From: Octopus sinensis
Taxonomy: Eukaryota
NCBI RefSeq assembly: GCF_006345805.1
Contig: NW_021833811.1
Span: 1-54,167, forward strand
DNA: 54,167 bases
Direction of reading: 5' to 3'
Shown here: positions 12,310 through 24,699 of the stretch, one piece after another
Layout of the letters: each line of letters starts with the position of its first letter
Numbering within the stretch: the first letter of the stretch is position 1
The notes under the pieces: model-generated
Databases searched by the model: none
What the model was told of the DNA's origin: nothing
Seen by the model: the letters and a program-made list of their open reading frames with translations, nothing else
Translations under genes and position numbers: made by a program

Positions 12310-13812
12310 ATATAAAGTTGTAGCCTCTGTCTGTCTGTTAGTTATCGAACTCCTTCGGTTTTGGAGAAAGACCCCACCCATAACCTTATATATTCTGAAA
12401 CAACATTACCCAGGTTACTTGGATAAGTATATTTCATTTTCATTGAAGGGATCTTCGGGGTGCACAAACCCACCACTGAAAAAGTTTTTCCAATTAATTT
12501 AAATGAAAATTTAAGCCATAGGTAAATGAACAGAAATTATGCCTATTCCCAAAATATCAGGGAATTTCTATAATATTAAGACGCCCTAATGGGACTAAAC
12601 CCCCTTATATAGCAAATTCTGGAAGCCCATAACTTGAGTATTTGAACCTTTATTATCACGGGGCTTTTCTATTAATTAAACATAAAACAATAAAATTGCC
12701 TCTCTTTTATAGAATTCTGCAAATTTACATATTTTATCCATGACAAATCATCACTAGAATTATGGCAAGAAAAAGTATTAGTGAATGCCTCTACTCTTTT
12801 AACATTTTCTTTTTATTAATTTTTCTTCAGACACCCATTATACCACGGAAAAGGAAGTCTCCTTATGCAAATACTCTACATGCACAAATGATAAAGCTTC
12901 GTCGTCAATCTGAAAGCTGTAATGTAAAGGAAGAACAACTTTCTAGGCAAAGCCAAAGACAAAGAGAGTCTCGCCAATCTGAAAGCGGTGCTGCAAAGGA
13001 CGAACGACTTTCTCGACAAAGACAGAGGCAAACAGAGTCTCGACAAAATGGAAACTTTGGTGAGCATCAAGAAAGACAGAAGCAAGATATATTTCGCTAT
13101 ATATTTGCAAAAAGAAATGAGTCTGAAGAAGAGACACAACAGCATTTGATTTTTCATAGAAATAGGTATCAAAATTTAAGACAACGTGAGATTCAAAATG
13201 CTAAACATTCTGCATTGCTGTATGATAGAATGACCCACATAACAAGGCTGCAATTGGAGAGATGACCAAACTTTGTGGCGCTATGAAATTTACTGGAGAA
13301 TCTCCAGGAATGTGCAGTGGAAATGGAAAAGTTACAGGTGAAAATTAATTCAGCAATCACTTTTTGTCAAAGAGAGTATCTCTCTTTGCCTTGAACAGCT
13401 TTGATCACAAAGGTGCACCTGTCCAAGGTTTGAATCCATCTGTGAGAATCCAAGGTCAAATCTACCATCATTTCGGGGAAATAAACGTGACAAGGAAGAT
13501 CATGCGGGAACATGTTTGGTGTTTTAATGCACCAACAGGGGTTGAAGTTGCAATTTTAATATGAAATTAACCTACATAAAATAGAGATATTGTTCTTCAT
13601 TTGAAAAAAGGTGGATTGAGAATTTCAGAGTTACGTCGATCCTGTGATGTTTTGATGTATCCAATGTCTTTTTCCATATGGAACAGACGGCTACCACATA
13701 TATTTCCAAGGGAGAAATTACCACCAAGGAATAGTGAAATAACACGATTGGAGGATTTTGCGACTCCCCAATTTTACTATTTAATCCCGAGCGACGCCGG
13801 GTATGCCTGCTA

Positions 13813-13813
<1 letters not shown>
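12310..13813 (+). mobile_element. Internally deleted Helitron
   Basis: RQ/E-rich repeats, then IGEMTKLCGAMKFTGESPGMCSGNGKV, NPSVRIQGQIYH, FNAPTGVEVAILI and DIVLH..LRISE.RS.D.LMYP (Rep-helicase N-terminal motifs). The 3' end is a cccg-N8-cggg hairpin (13786-13801) followed by CTAG|T (13810-13813). A (TCTG)n tract lies near the 5' end. Confidence 0.85.
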
Positions 13814-13865
<52 letters not shown>

Positions 13866-13878
13866 TATACATATATAT

Positions 13879-13960
<82 letters not shown>

Positions 13961-13984
13961 TTATAATAATAATAATAATAATAA

Positions 13985-14322
13985 AGGGGGTAAAGACCCC
14001 CTTCGGTCATGGATGACCATGGGATTGCACCTAGAAAGTTACCCTCCTGGACACAAGTCGGGCAAGGTTGTTTATGGAAGACCAGCAGTCGCCCATGCAT
14101 ACCAGCCTCCCCTCTCCACGCCACCAGTGTTATCCAAGGGTAAGACAAAGGTCGATACAGCTTGGCACCTGTGACGTCGCAACTCATTTCTACAGCTGAG
14201 TGAACTGGAGCAACGTGAAATAAAGTGCTTTGCTCAAGAACACAACACGCAGCCCGGTCAGGGATTCGAGCTCACAACCTCACGATCATAAGCTCGACGC
14301 TCTAACCACTGAGCCATGCGCC
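13985..14322 (-). mobile_element. tRNA-derived SINE
   Basis: The minus strand begins ggcgcaTGGCTCAGTGGttagagc..gaGCTCGAATCCc (A and B boxes), followed by gtgttgtgttcttgagcaaagcact. Confidence 0.88.
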
Positions 14323-14344
14323 AATAATAATAATAATAATAATA

Positions 14345-15017
14345 AGTGGAGTATAAATTAAGACATGACAGAGTTGGCCAATATCTCCACTGGCTAATAA
14401 GTCGGCATTACAATATCAAAACTGCCGACAAGTGGTATAATCACCACCCTGAGGCTGTAACTGAAGGAGAAAATGTAACTATTCTGTGGGACTTTCCAGT
14501 ACATACAGACCGAACCATCAAGGCCAATAAACCAGATGTTGTTGTGAAAGACCAAAACAATAAAGTTTGCTTATTGATCGACATGAGCATCCCCTGTGAT
14601 CATAATATCTCAGCGAAAGAGTTTGACAAGCTCAGAAAATATAAAGACCTACCCATTGAAATTGAGAAAATGTGGCATCTCAAGGCAGTTACAATACCAG
14701 TGATCGTAGGAGCACTAGGAATGATCAAGAAGGGAACCGAAAATTATATGAGAATGATCCCTGGCTTACCATCCCTGCAAGAAGTGCAAAAGATTGTCTT
14801 AACTGGTACATCACACGTATTGAGAAGAGCATTGTTGATGTGAGAACTGTTGCTGCTCATGTATTTTAATTTAACTTAAAAAAAAAAAAAACAAAATGAA
14901 CGAACTACTGAGTTTGGTTTAATGGCCTACCAATGTATACTATGAGTTTCTTTGCCCTAGGAGTCGGGAAGACACTCGGCAAGAAATGGAAGCAAATTTG
15001 AAAGAAGAAAAAAAAAA
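14345..15017 (+). mobile_element. R4/Dong-clade LINE (family R4-C), 3' fragment with REL endonuclease
   Basis: RHDRVG..LWDFPV.TD..KPDVVV..LIDMSIP..K..KY. The 3' UTR is shared with the copies at 31.3-34.8 kb. Ends in poly-A then (TAA)n, with (TAA)n also at the 5' junction. Confidence 0.92.
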
Positions 15018-15034
15018 TAATAATAATAATAATG

Positions 15035-15094
<60 letters not shown>

Positions 15095-15100
<6 letters not shown>

Positions 15101-15320
15101 CACTTTGCATTGTTGTAGCTTTTGAATGATGCCATCCCACTGGCTAAGTGAGGTGGCCAACATTCCCTTTGATTGGAAGGTTGTTCTGTCACAGGGTTAT
15201 TCATTTACAGCTGAATGCACGAGGACAGTGTGAAATTAAATGTTCTGCTCAAGGACACAACGCGTCGCTTGGCCATGAACTAGCCATCTTGAGTGCAAAG
15301 ACCCTATGTCACGCGCCTCC
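15095..15320 (-). mobile_element. SINE fragment, homologous to ~47236-47345
   Basis: Shares cattgttgtagcttttgaatgatgccatc..cacagggttattcatttacag; tRNA-like remnant near 15270-15320. Confidence 0.6.
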
Positions 15321-15361
15321 AGGCACAACTGCACTCACACACACACACAAACACATATATA

Positions 15362-15598
15362 TTGGGTTGGTGCATAAATATTGCAGCTTTTACTCAACAA
15401 AAACAATAACAAAATTTAACAAAAACATCTTTAAATGATTTTTCTGGAGCATATTCACCATCTACTTCAATTACTGCTTCCCATTTGCTTGGCAGCCGGT
15501 CAGACCATCATTTAAAGTTGTTTTTGTTAAATATTGTTATTGTTTTTGTTGAATAAAATTTGTTGAAAAACAACCGCAATAATTATGCACCAACCCAA
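15362..15598 (-). mobile_element. Mariner-derived MITE (237 bp)
   Basis: Perfect 16-bp TIR TTGGGTTGGTGCATAA with TA on both sides and further inverted similarity inward. The minus strand retains the transposase tail DRLPSKWEAVIEVDGEY. Confidence 0.9.
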
Positions 15599-16009
15599 TA
15601 TATACATGTACATGTCTGTAGGCTGACCAAAATATTTTCGTGGGATGTGACCAAATGAGATTTATTTTTCAACATGCACCCTCCCCCACCCTAGTTTAGT
15701 ATTCAGAATATTCTCAAAACTTCTGAAAGGCACAATAGCAACACCTATACACAAAAGGAGGGCTGAAGCTAAAAATTACAGATTTTACAGTTCTATATTT
15801 AAGTGATGAGGAATTATGTACACTATTTACATTATTTACATTTGACGGATATTTGTCCTCATCTTGTTTGTTGTTAACATTTCGGCTGATATACCTTCCA
15901 GCCTTCATCAAGTGTCTTGGGGAAATTGCGAACCTGGGATCTCATTGCTAAGGTATTTTTTGATGTTATTATCATTAATATTGCTATTATTAGTGTTAAT
16001 ATTATTATT

Positions 16010-16410
16010 ATTGAGTGAGAGAGCGGTGCATGCCATCAAAGTGACACTGGGGTAAAATATACGAAGCCCAGTATACCCATCAGGACTAACCGTCTGATAA
16101 GGGTACACCAGGAACACGCATCACAACCATATGTGTGTGACATGGTGATCTCATATCACGATAAACAGCACATGACCTTGCAGGCGGGGCCCAATTAGAA
16201 TTGAGTAACCCATCCCGCTCAAAAGGTCCCTGAATAAGGATTTGTTTAAGGATGTTGACCGAACCACCCATGTTTCCAAAGGTGAATTATCCAAACCTCT
16301 TAGAATTATTTTCAACACATGGCTATGATGTTCCCCCACGACTTCTACTCGTGATCAGAGATGCACATATCGTCAGCCACTAAGGGACATGGTCAACTGG
16401 TTAAGGTCAA
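16010..16410 (-). mobile_element. Non-autonomous (AAT)n-tailed interspersed repeat (SINE-like)
   Basis: A second, truncated copy lies at ~46515-46630. Both abut (TTA)n on the + strand at the same end. Confidence 0.65.
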
Positions 16411-16602
16411 ACAACTGACAATTTTAGGACACTAACACTATGAAAAACGTGGAAATTTTACCGGTGAGTGTGTTACATAATAAGGCACAAAAAGAAAATG
16501 ACTCTCCCCAGACACAATAGAATATACTTCAACACACGAACTCATATAAAGAATCTTGCAAACCAAATCCAAAAGCGAAACATTATTTGTATTATTATTA
16601 TT

Positions 16603-19600
16603 CAGTAGTTTTATTTTATAGCGTGCTTTCACATCACTACCGAGCGCAGCTCTGTGTGCCTTGGGTATGTGCTGTGATTTGTTGTGATGCTCTGATGGTT
16701 ATTGTATGGAAAGTGTTCTGCGTAGGATGTGTGCAGTGCCTTGTAGTGCAATTTTCTGTATGTTATATGTGTTTGTAAGTCCTGGCGTTTTTGTTATGTA
16801 TTTGTCTGAATATTTTTTTATCATGCCTAATGCACCTACTATGATAGGAATCGTTTCTGTTTTCAGATTCCACATTCTAGTTACCTCTATTTCCAGGTCT
16901 TTGTATTTTGAGAGTTTCTCCATTTCTTTTAGAGACACGTTGACATCTGCCGGTATTGATACATCAATTAGAAAGTATTTTTTTTCTTCATGATCTCTGA
17001 CAACTATATCTGGCCTGTTGGCCTTAATTTCTCTATCTGTGTGTATCAGCATATCCCAGAGTATGGTTGCTTTCTCGTATTCTGTGACCTTTTCTGGTGT
17101 GTGCCTATACCATCTTTTTTCTGTTGTTATTCCATAATGTTGGCATAGCTTCCAGTGTATGTAGGTTCCAACTCTGTCATGTCTGTGATATATTCCTTCT
17201 TAGCCAGGACTGGGCAGCTAGAGATAATATGATTTATTGTTTCTTGTCCATCTCCACATATTCTGCAGTTACTTGTTATATTTCTTTTCATTACATGTTT
17301 TTGGTAATTTCTGGTGGGGAGGCTTTGGTCTTGTGCTGCAATTAAAAATCCCTCTGTTTCTGCTTTGAGTCCTGAGCTTCTCAACCATTGCTGGGATTTT
17401 TCTTTGTCTATTTCTTTTGCGTTTAGTTTAGTCCAGTATTTACCATGAAGGGGCTTTTCTTGCCATCGTTTTATCATGGTTCGTTGCTGTTCTATTTTTA
17501 GTTTGGATTTCATTTGTTTTATAGCTTTTGTTGTTTCTTCATCTTCTTCTTCTTCTTCATGTTTATTAGGTGGTATGATTTCTTGTTTGTATTCGTCAGC
17601 TTCCTTAAATACTGAGAACAGTGTTTTGTTTTGCTCGTGTTTTGCCGCTATCTGGATCAGTTTTCCTTCCTTCTGAAGTAGATATTTTTGCAGTCCTATG
17701 GTGGTTATTTTATAGTAGTTTTCCAGGTGTATAAGGCCTCTACCACCTTCTATACGTTGTATATATAGTCTTTCTATGTCAAATTTTGGGTGATGCATCG
17801 TCGATCCTGTCATTATTTTTCTTGTTTTCCTATCTATTTTGGTCAGTTCATTTCGTGTCCAGTTAAGGATATTGTAGCTGTAACTTATAACTGGGACAGC
17901 TAAAGTGTTGATACCTATTATCTTGTTTTTAGCATTGAGCTCTGTTTTTAGTATTGATCTAACTCGTCTATAATATTCTTTTTTTATTTTCTCTTTCATT
18001 TGTGTGTGTTGTGTCTTATCTAGTTCATGGATTCCTAAGTATTTGTAAGTTTGGCTTTGGTCTAATTCTTTTATTTCATTAGTTTTATCTAGTGTGATGT
18101 TGCTACTCTTAACTAGTTTTCCTTTTTTCATGGTTACTTTGGCGCATTTTTCTAATCCAAATTTCATATCTATTTCTTTGGTAAATCCATGAACTGTCTT
18201 TAATAGTGTTTCCAGCTGTTTGTCATTTGCAGCGTATAGTTTTAGGTCATCCATATATAAAAGGTGGCTGATCGTTTTGCCGTAACATTTATATCCGCAT
18301 CCAGTTCTATTTAGTATATCAGATAGAGGTGACAGTGCCAAGCAGAAAAGGAGTGGAGAGAGCGTGTCTCCCTGGAATATTCCTCTTCTAATGGGGATGT
18401 CTTTGGTTTTCATGAGTCCCTCTTTTGTTTGGAGGTGTAGGACTGTTTGCCATTTATTCATAGAGTGCTCTATGAATTTTATGATTGTTGGTGCTACTTT
18501 GTTAATGGCTAGTGTTTCGAGGATCCATGTGTGGGGGATGCTATCAAACGCCTTTTTGTAGTCAATCCAGGCCATACTGAGGCCTTTCTTCTTTCTGTGG
18601 TTGTCTTCAGTTATGGCTTTATTAATCATTAGTTGATCTTTACAGCCATATAAGCCTTTGCGGCATCCTTTCTGCTCTTCTGGGAACAGTTTGTCTTCGT
18701 CCAGGTGTTTGTTCAACCTTTGCGATATCACTGCAGTAAACGCCTTGAACATTGTAGGGAGACAGGTTATTGGTCTGTAGTTTTCTGGTTTTGCTGTCTC
18801 ATTTGAATTGGGAATTAAGATGGTTTTCCCCTTCCTGAGCCATTCAGGCATTGCCTCTGGCTCTGCTAGTATGTTGTTAAAGTTTTCAGCCAGCTTTTTG
18901 TGCATTTCTGTTAGATATTTCAACCAGAAGTTGGGGATCTTGTCATGCCCAGGTGCCTTCCACTTGCTTAGTCTTTGCAGTGCCTGGGTGACCTCTTCAG
19001 TTGTTATGGGGGTCCAAAGTTGTTCAGATGCCGAGTTTGTTATTTTGATACTCCTTTTTTTTGGTTGTTCGTTCGCCGACCATATTTCTCTCCAGAATTC
19101 TTCCAATTCTTCTGCCGTTGGTGCTGCAGTTATTTCTATTTTATTTTTGCCAAGTTCTTGGTAGAACTTTTTGGGGTTGGAGTTGAACTTTTTGTTTTGT
19201 TCAAAGAAGCACTGGCGTTTCTCGTACCGGCGGATCCTTTGTGCTTTGGCAAGGATATCTTGCTTCAGCTTTTCTTTTATCTCAGGTAAATCTTTCTCTG
19301 TGATGTTATATTTGCGGAGTATTTTTGTTTTCTTTTTGTTGCTCAGTAGCGTTGATTGTTTGCTGATTTCATTAATAATCGACAGATCTTTTCTCATTTT
19401 TTGTATTTTGTTTTGGATGTTATTTATCCACAGGGTTTGTTTGGGTGGTGGTACTCCTGTTTGGATGGGTTTGAGTGAGTATCCAGCTTCTTTTGTGGCT
19501 GCAGTGGCTGCTGCGTATACTAAGTCATTTAGCTCAGTGATATCGCTTTTTGTTTCAGTGGCTATTAGTTCCGTGACGGTTAGGTTTATGCTGTTTATAA

Positions 19601-19916
19601 TTGGTGTTGTTGTTTCGTCTATTTTGATTCTTGGGAGGTATGGTCGGTGGTCCATTTTGAGCTCTGTGGTTTTCAGTTCTTTGATTATTTTACTTTTTAT
19701 ATTATCATAATCATTAGGCTCCCCTTCGTTGTTTACATCGTGTTTGTTGGGAATGTTACGTTTGTTTTCGTGTTTTAATGTTTCAGTGTTTATATTACTG
19801 GGCATTGTTGTGTGGCTTCTATCTACATTTTCCTGGTATATTTTTTCTTTTAGATGTTCTATTTCTATTTCTGATATTTTTTTTGTGTTGAGAATGTATC
19901 TTCGTACGTTAGCTAA

Positions 19917-19917
<1 letters not shown>
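16603..19917 (-). mobile_element. R4/Dong-clade LINE (family R4-A), 5'-truncated, with a nearly intact ORF
   Basis: The 963-aa ORF has RT motifs (YRPITCLP, EEQKGC, WIDYKKAFDS, GIFQGDTLSPLLF, LLYMDDLK) and the CRICG..ETINHIISSC zinc knuckle. After one 1-nt frameshift come the REL motifs RPDIVV..IDVSIP..EK..KY. Both ends abut (AAT)n. Confidence 0.95.
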
Positions 19918-19989
<72 letters not shown>

Positions 19990-19991
<2 letters not shown>

Positions 19992-20055
19992 ATCACTGGT
20001 TGGAATCAAACTCGGCATCTTGGGTTTAGTAGCCCGCGCTCTTAACCACTACGCC
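19990..20055 (-). mobile_element. Short tRNA-like SINE head followed directly by (AAT)n
   Basis: Minus strand GGCGTAGTGGTTAAGAGCGCGGGCTAC..GAGTTTGATTCC (A/B boxes), then the AAT array holding R4-A. Confidence 0.65.
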
Positions 20056-20689
20056 ATTGTCTCCTCTCCCATCCCCCCACACACACACTCTTGTCTGCAA
20101 AACCTTCTCTATTTCTATCTGCCTCTCTCTCTTTCTCTCACTCTCTCTGCCCATCCGACGCCTTTCTCCTTTTACTATCTCCCTTCCTTCCTATGTCCAT
20201 CTCTATCAACTACCCATTGTCTATACTTATTCCCATTTTTCTTCCCCCTGCACTCCCTCTTTCTTCCTACCTGTTCTTCCCCAACCTTCTCTGCTCCTCT
20301 CTGTTGGTCTTTCTTCCTTCACTTTTTCGTGCCACGTCCAGTGTTTTTATCACCCGTTGGTTTACTACTCAACCAGAGCCCAGGTAGGACGTTACTATGG
20401 AGCCAGGTACCTTTATGTCTGTGGCTTTTCATTAGCTAACATTGCCGAAAATTTGCAAACTTAAAAGCTATAAACTGTTTATTTTCTCAATTTATAAAGA
20501 AAATTAATTTCATATCAATATCTAGCGTACAAAATTACATCAATACACCAAATTTGAACTCAATTAGAACAAAATTGAGGGAGTTGAAAAGCTGAAGACA
20601 AATATAAAAGATCCTTGTTCTCTTTTAGCGTTACTTCTACGCATATCTTAAAGCTGTTTTATGGCCGAAAGCCTTCCATGTGTATGTTT

Positions 20690-21050
20690 ATAACAAATAA
20701 ATGTCGACTTTCATTTTTTATGTCTTGTGCGTGACTGATTATGAACTGGTTGATCACCCTCCCAATTTTAGTGATTTGGCCCCATCTGATTATCATGTGT
20801 TTCCCAACAGGAAGAACAGGAAGAACACATAGCCAGGAAGCAATATAACAGTGATGAAGACGTCTTATCTGTTGCTGATGACTTTTTAGATCAACAGGAT
20901 GGCTTCTTCACCAGTGCGATCCAAACAGTGCAACACTAATGAAAGAAATGTGTGGACCGTAAAGGGGATGTTTTTTTTAAAGGAACTTCATTTCGTCACA
21001 CTCCATAAAAGTATCTTAATCACTTTATGAACTTTTCAGCCGACCCTTAT
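20690..21050 (+). mobile_element. Mariner 3' relic
   Basis: ELVDHPPNFSDLAPSDYHVFP..EDV..DDFLDQQD.FF..KKCVDRKGD, with TIR-like atgaacttttcagccgaccct. Confidence 0.85.
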
Positions 21051-22116
21051 AATAATAATTTTTTTTTATATATCTGTGTTTGTTTTGATATTAACATTGA
21101 AAAAAATCTGCTCGGTTCGTAAAAAAAAATTGGCCCTGGGTTTGCACTGGATCACTGACCCACTGGGCAACGACAGAAATACCTGAAAGACCAACTCCCC
21201 AAAGCATTAGAATTTTTGATCTTGAATTTTGATTAAACAGATGTGGAAATTGAAAGTCTTGGCATTGACAAATATTTGGTGTTGTCATTTGACGTAATGC
21301 ACAGAGAAATAAGGCCGGCATTCAACAGCTTTGAACAATCTAGACCAAGTTCTTAGCTTCTTATTAGAAGTAGAATAATGATCCGAAACAAAAGATTAAT
21401 AGATTGCTCTTCAACATTCATTACATACAACATAAAATATCCGATATCCAACGACCATATATTCAAAAATGAGAGTTTAGTTTAGGAATTTTGATTGTTT
21501 AGGCATTATGTATAAAGGCAGTTGTCAATGTTCCTCCTCAGAAGAGAGCATGCTACATGCCCTTGTGGACTATGATCCTACAAAACGGCAGTAGATCTAT
21601 TATCACGCCAGAGATAAAATAGAAAATAAGATTAGATTAAGAACTATTAAAATCTAAACCTATGACAACAGCAAAACGCAAAGACGACGATTATAGTGAA
21701 CAAGGCACAGATACGCCTTTCTCTCTTTCTTTCTCTCCCCATCTCTCTCTCTCTCTCTCTCTCCCTCTCTCACTGTCCCTCACTCTTTCTCTCTTTATTG
21801 AAAGTTTTATTGAAAGCCTTGTAACCAGCAACACTTTTGTTCATAAAATCGCTATAAAATGAATAATAAATAGCCTTCCAATTGATTAATGTTGTCAATT
21901 AATCAATGATTATTTGTTAATCGCAATTAAATGGAAAAAACAAAACAGAGTCAATCCTTGGTTTATATCATACAATTGTAAATGAATATATTGAACAAAG
22001 GACGTTTAACATTATTAATATCACCTAAGTGCATCTCGGAGTTGTAAACAAGGTAACACCAGAACAGGATACTGTAAAACAGGTCAACACTCTTTAATAT
22101 ACTGTAGTAAAAAGTT

Positions 22117-22335
22117 GACGAGCTGGCAGAGTCGTTGGTGTGATGGACAAATATACTTAGCGGCATTTCGTTCGTCTCTACGTTCTGAGTTCAAATTCCG
22201 CCATGGTCGACTTCACCATTTATCGTTTGTGGGGATGATAGAAATAAGTCCCAGTTGAACACGGGGGTTCATGTAATCGATTTCCATTCTCCTCCTCCGA
22301 AATTGCTGGGCTTGTGCCACAATTTGAAACCAATA
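22117..22335 (+). mobile_element. tRNA-derived SINE (second family)
   Basis: gagctggcagagtcgtt..ctgagttcaaattccgcc (A/B-box-like) plus a conserved body. Confidence 0.75.
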
Positions 22336-22509
22336 TACCTTAGTGACAATGGCAGCGAATTGATAGAAACGATGAGTTAATGCCCGTTATCACATTCCTC
22401 TACGTCTGCTTTTCAAATTTGGTTGAACTCGATTTTATCATTTATCCCAGCAGAGTCGATAATATAAGAATCAGTCATACAATTCAAACGATTGTTGCCA
22501 GTTCACCCA

Positions 22510-22822
22510 TGCTTGCATGCATGCATGTATGTATGTATGTATGTATGTATGTATGTATGTATGTATGTATGTATGTATGCATACATGTATGTATGTATGT
22601 ATGTATGTATGTATGTATGCATGTATGCATGCATGTATGTATGTATGTATGTATGTATGTATGTATGTATGTATGTATGTATGCATGTATGCATGCATGC
22701 ATGTATGTATGTATGTATGTATGTATGTATGTATGCATGTATACATGCATTCATGCATGTATGTATGTATGTATGTATGTATGTATGTATGTATGTATGT
22801 ATGTATGTATGTATGTATGTAT
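22510..22822. repeat. (TATG)n/(CATG) tetranucleotide microsatellite
   Basis: Directly visible. Confidence 0.97.
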
Positions 22823-23149
22823 GCCTCTTCTGTATTTAATCATTTAAATTCATCCTCTGAAGAAGGAGCTTGTTTCTAACAAATATACAAAGCTCCATGG
22901 TGGATAACGAAAACAATGCCACATTTTAAACCTGAGAAAAAATCTTGCATAGTTTTGCTGTTCCGTTTATAGATTATATTTGTACTGTTGATTTCTTTTT
23001 CTGAAAATCTAAGCTTATCCAAACTGACAGATAAGTATTTATTTTCGAAAATCAAGTGCTCCAGTTATTGGGATAAATGTAAATTTGTAATCCGGATATA
23101 CAAGCTGGAGGTTTCGGAGCAGTTGTCCATAGTTATCTTCTTTTTCTTT

Positions 23150-24130
23150 AATTTTCAAAGAGATATTCACATCAGCAGGACAGCTGCCCTCTACCTAACG
23201 GAGACCACCTCTACCTACAATGAAAACAAGGTGGCAGAGACTTAACATCGATCCAGACTGCCTTGAATGTCGTATTAAAATCCTTTCAGCAACATCTTTT
23301 AACCACCATGTGTTGAAGTGCATCACTTGACCAAATTTGCATACACGAGACAGATAACACTCTTTGTCTGATAACCTAGAATACATGTCCAAAGATGTCG
23401 CACGACTCTACCGCAACATATCATCAAATGAAAGGATGCGCGTATATCAGCAGAAGATCATGCATGGATATGTTAGCAGAAAGCTTCGGGATGATAGTAA
23501 CATTGATCATAAAAGCAATCTACCATGGACCAACGACCGGACTGCAAACTCTCACACTGACCGCTATGCTTTTGCAATTCAAGAATAGGAAGTATCAGTC
23601 AAATGCTTGATGCACAAAAGGTTCAAAGACGCTGGTAAAATACCAAAATATGATAAACGATGCAGACTTTCTGGAGTTAACACCATGCTGTCACCCACAT
23701 CATAAGCAGTTGTTCGAAAACGTCATCGCAGTATTATCAACCGATGTGATATGATGTGACTAAGACACTGTATAACAAAATCCGTCGGAAAGATAACTCT
23801 GAGCCCAAAGAAATAAGAATCCACAGTTTGGTAGAGGTGATAGCCACTCATAATAAGAAGGAGTATTGATGGAATGTCCCAGTGAAAAGCCTCAATAAAA
23901 TTTAAGCATAATAGGACTGACATAGTGATTTGGGATGGAAAAGAGAAACTGTGTACAGTTGTGGAAATTAGCTGTTCAGCGGATGTTAACATAAAGATCA
24001 GCGAAAAAGAGAATACCTACGCTGAATTATTGAAAAATTTACTGTTATTCTACCCCGATTAAGTTCAGGTTTATATCTCTAATTATTGCGGTACAGGAAT
24101 ATATACACATTGCCTAAGTACCGAGAAAGT
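23150..24130 (+). mobile_element. Old R4/REL-type LINE 3' relic (third family)
   Basis: MHGYV..IDHK..W..YAFAIQE*E, KRCRL, WNVPVK, NRTDIVIW..LCTVVEISC.ADVNI..EKENTY. Many stops. Confidence 0.75.
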
Positions 24131-24699
24131 TGAAACAGAAAGATGTGGCTTGTGATATGGCTGTTTTGCTACTGACTAGTGTTTGAAGCTTGCCCTATTT
24201 TTATAGACGAGTTCATGGCTCAAAATAGTATACGTTTTGAATCGGATTTGGTTGATAGAGGATAGTCACATGACTGGTCTTAGAAACGGATATATATATA
24301 TATATATATCTTAGAAAAATTTTAGGTACCCTGCTACGTGTGTGTGTGTTGGGATCAAGTGACAATGTTTGGCGCCGTAAGTTAAGGCTGACACGGTTGA
24401 TTGAACATGTCTAAACGATCAATGCTTCGAATGTTTTCTGTCAAGTGTTTGAAGAGAATGAACACGTGATTAAGTTTAGAATATTTTCTACATTCCCTGC
24501 TACGTCCGTGCGTTAGTGTCACGCGACATTATATTTTGTACAAAAGGTTTCTCTATATTATGACATCAGTAATCTAAGAATTACTAGATTAAGACTTGAC
24601 TAATTCGTAAAATTTACATTCATTTTGCATGAAATAATAGTCATTTCGAAAATTAAACTGCTCTAAGGCGTTCTACATCGAGTATTTGACAATATTATC

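Noticed and set aside
14240-14322. tRNA gene calls for the A/B-box sequences (also 19990, 22117 and 47348)
   Set aside because: No complete cloverleaf is evident and most continue into SINE bodies, so they are treated as SINE heads.
19918-20018. Poly-Asn N-terminus of the 963-aa ORF
   Set aside because: It is the (AAT)n target tract and SINE head read in frame with a truncated R4, not a real N-terminus.
17097-20464. Plus-strand hydrophobic ORFs (and their mirror ORFs at 35.2-38.5 kb)
   Set aside because: Antisense to the A-rich R4 ORF, or from CT-rich low-complexity sequence.
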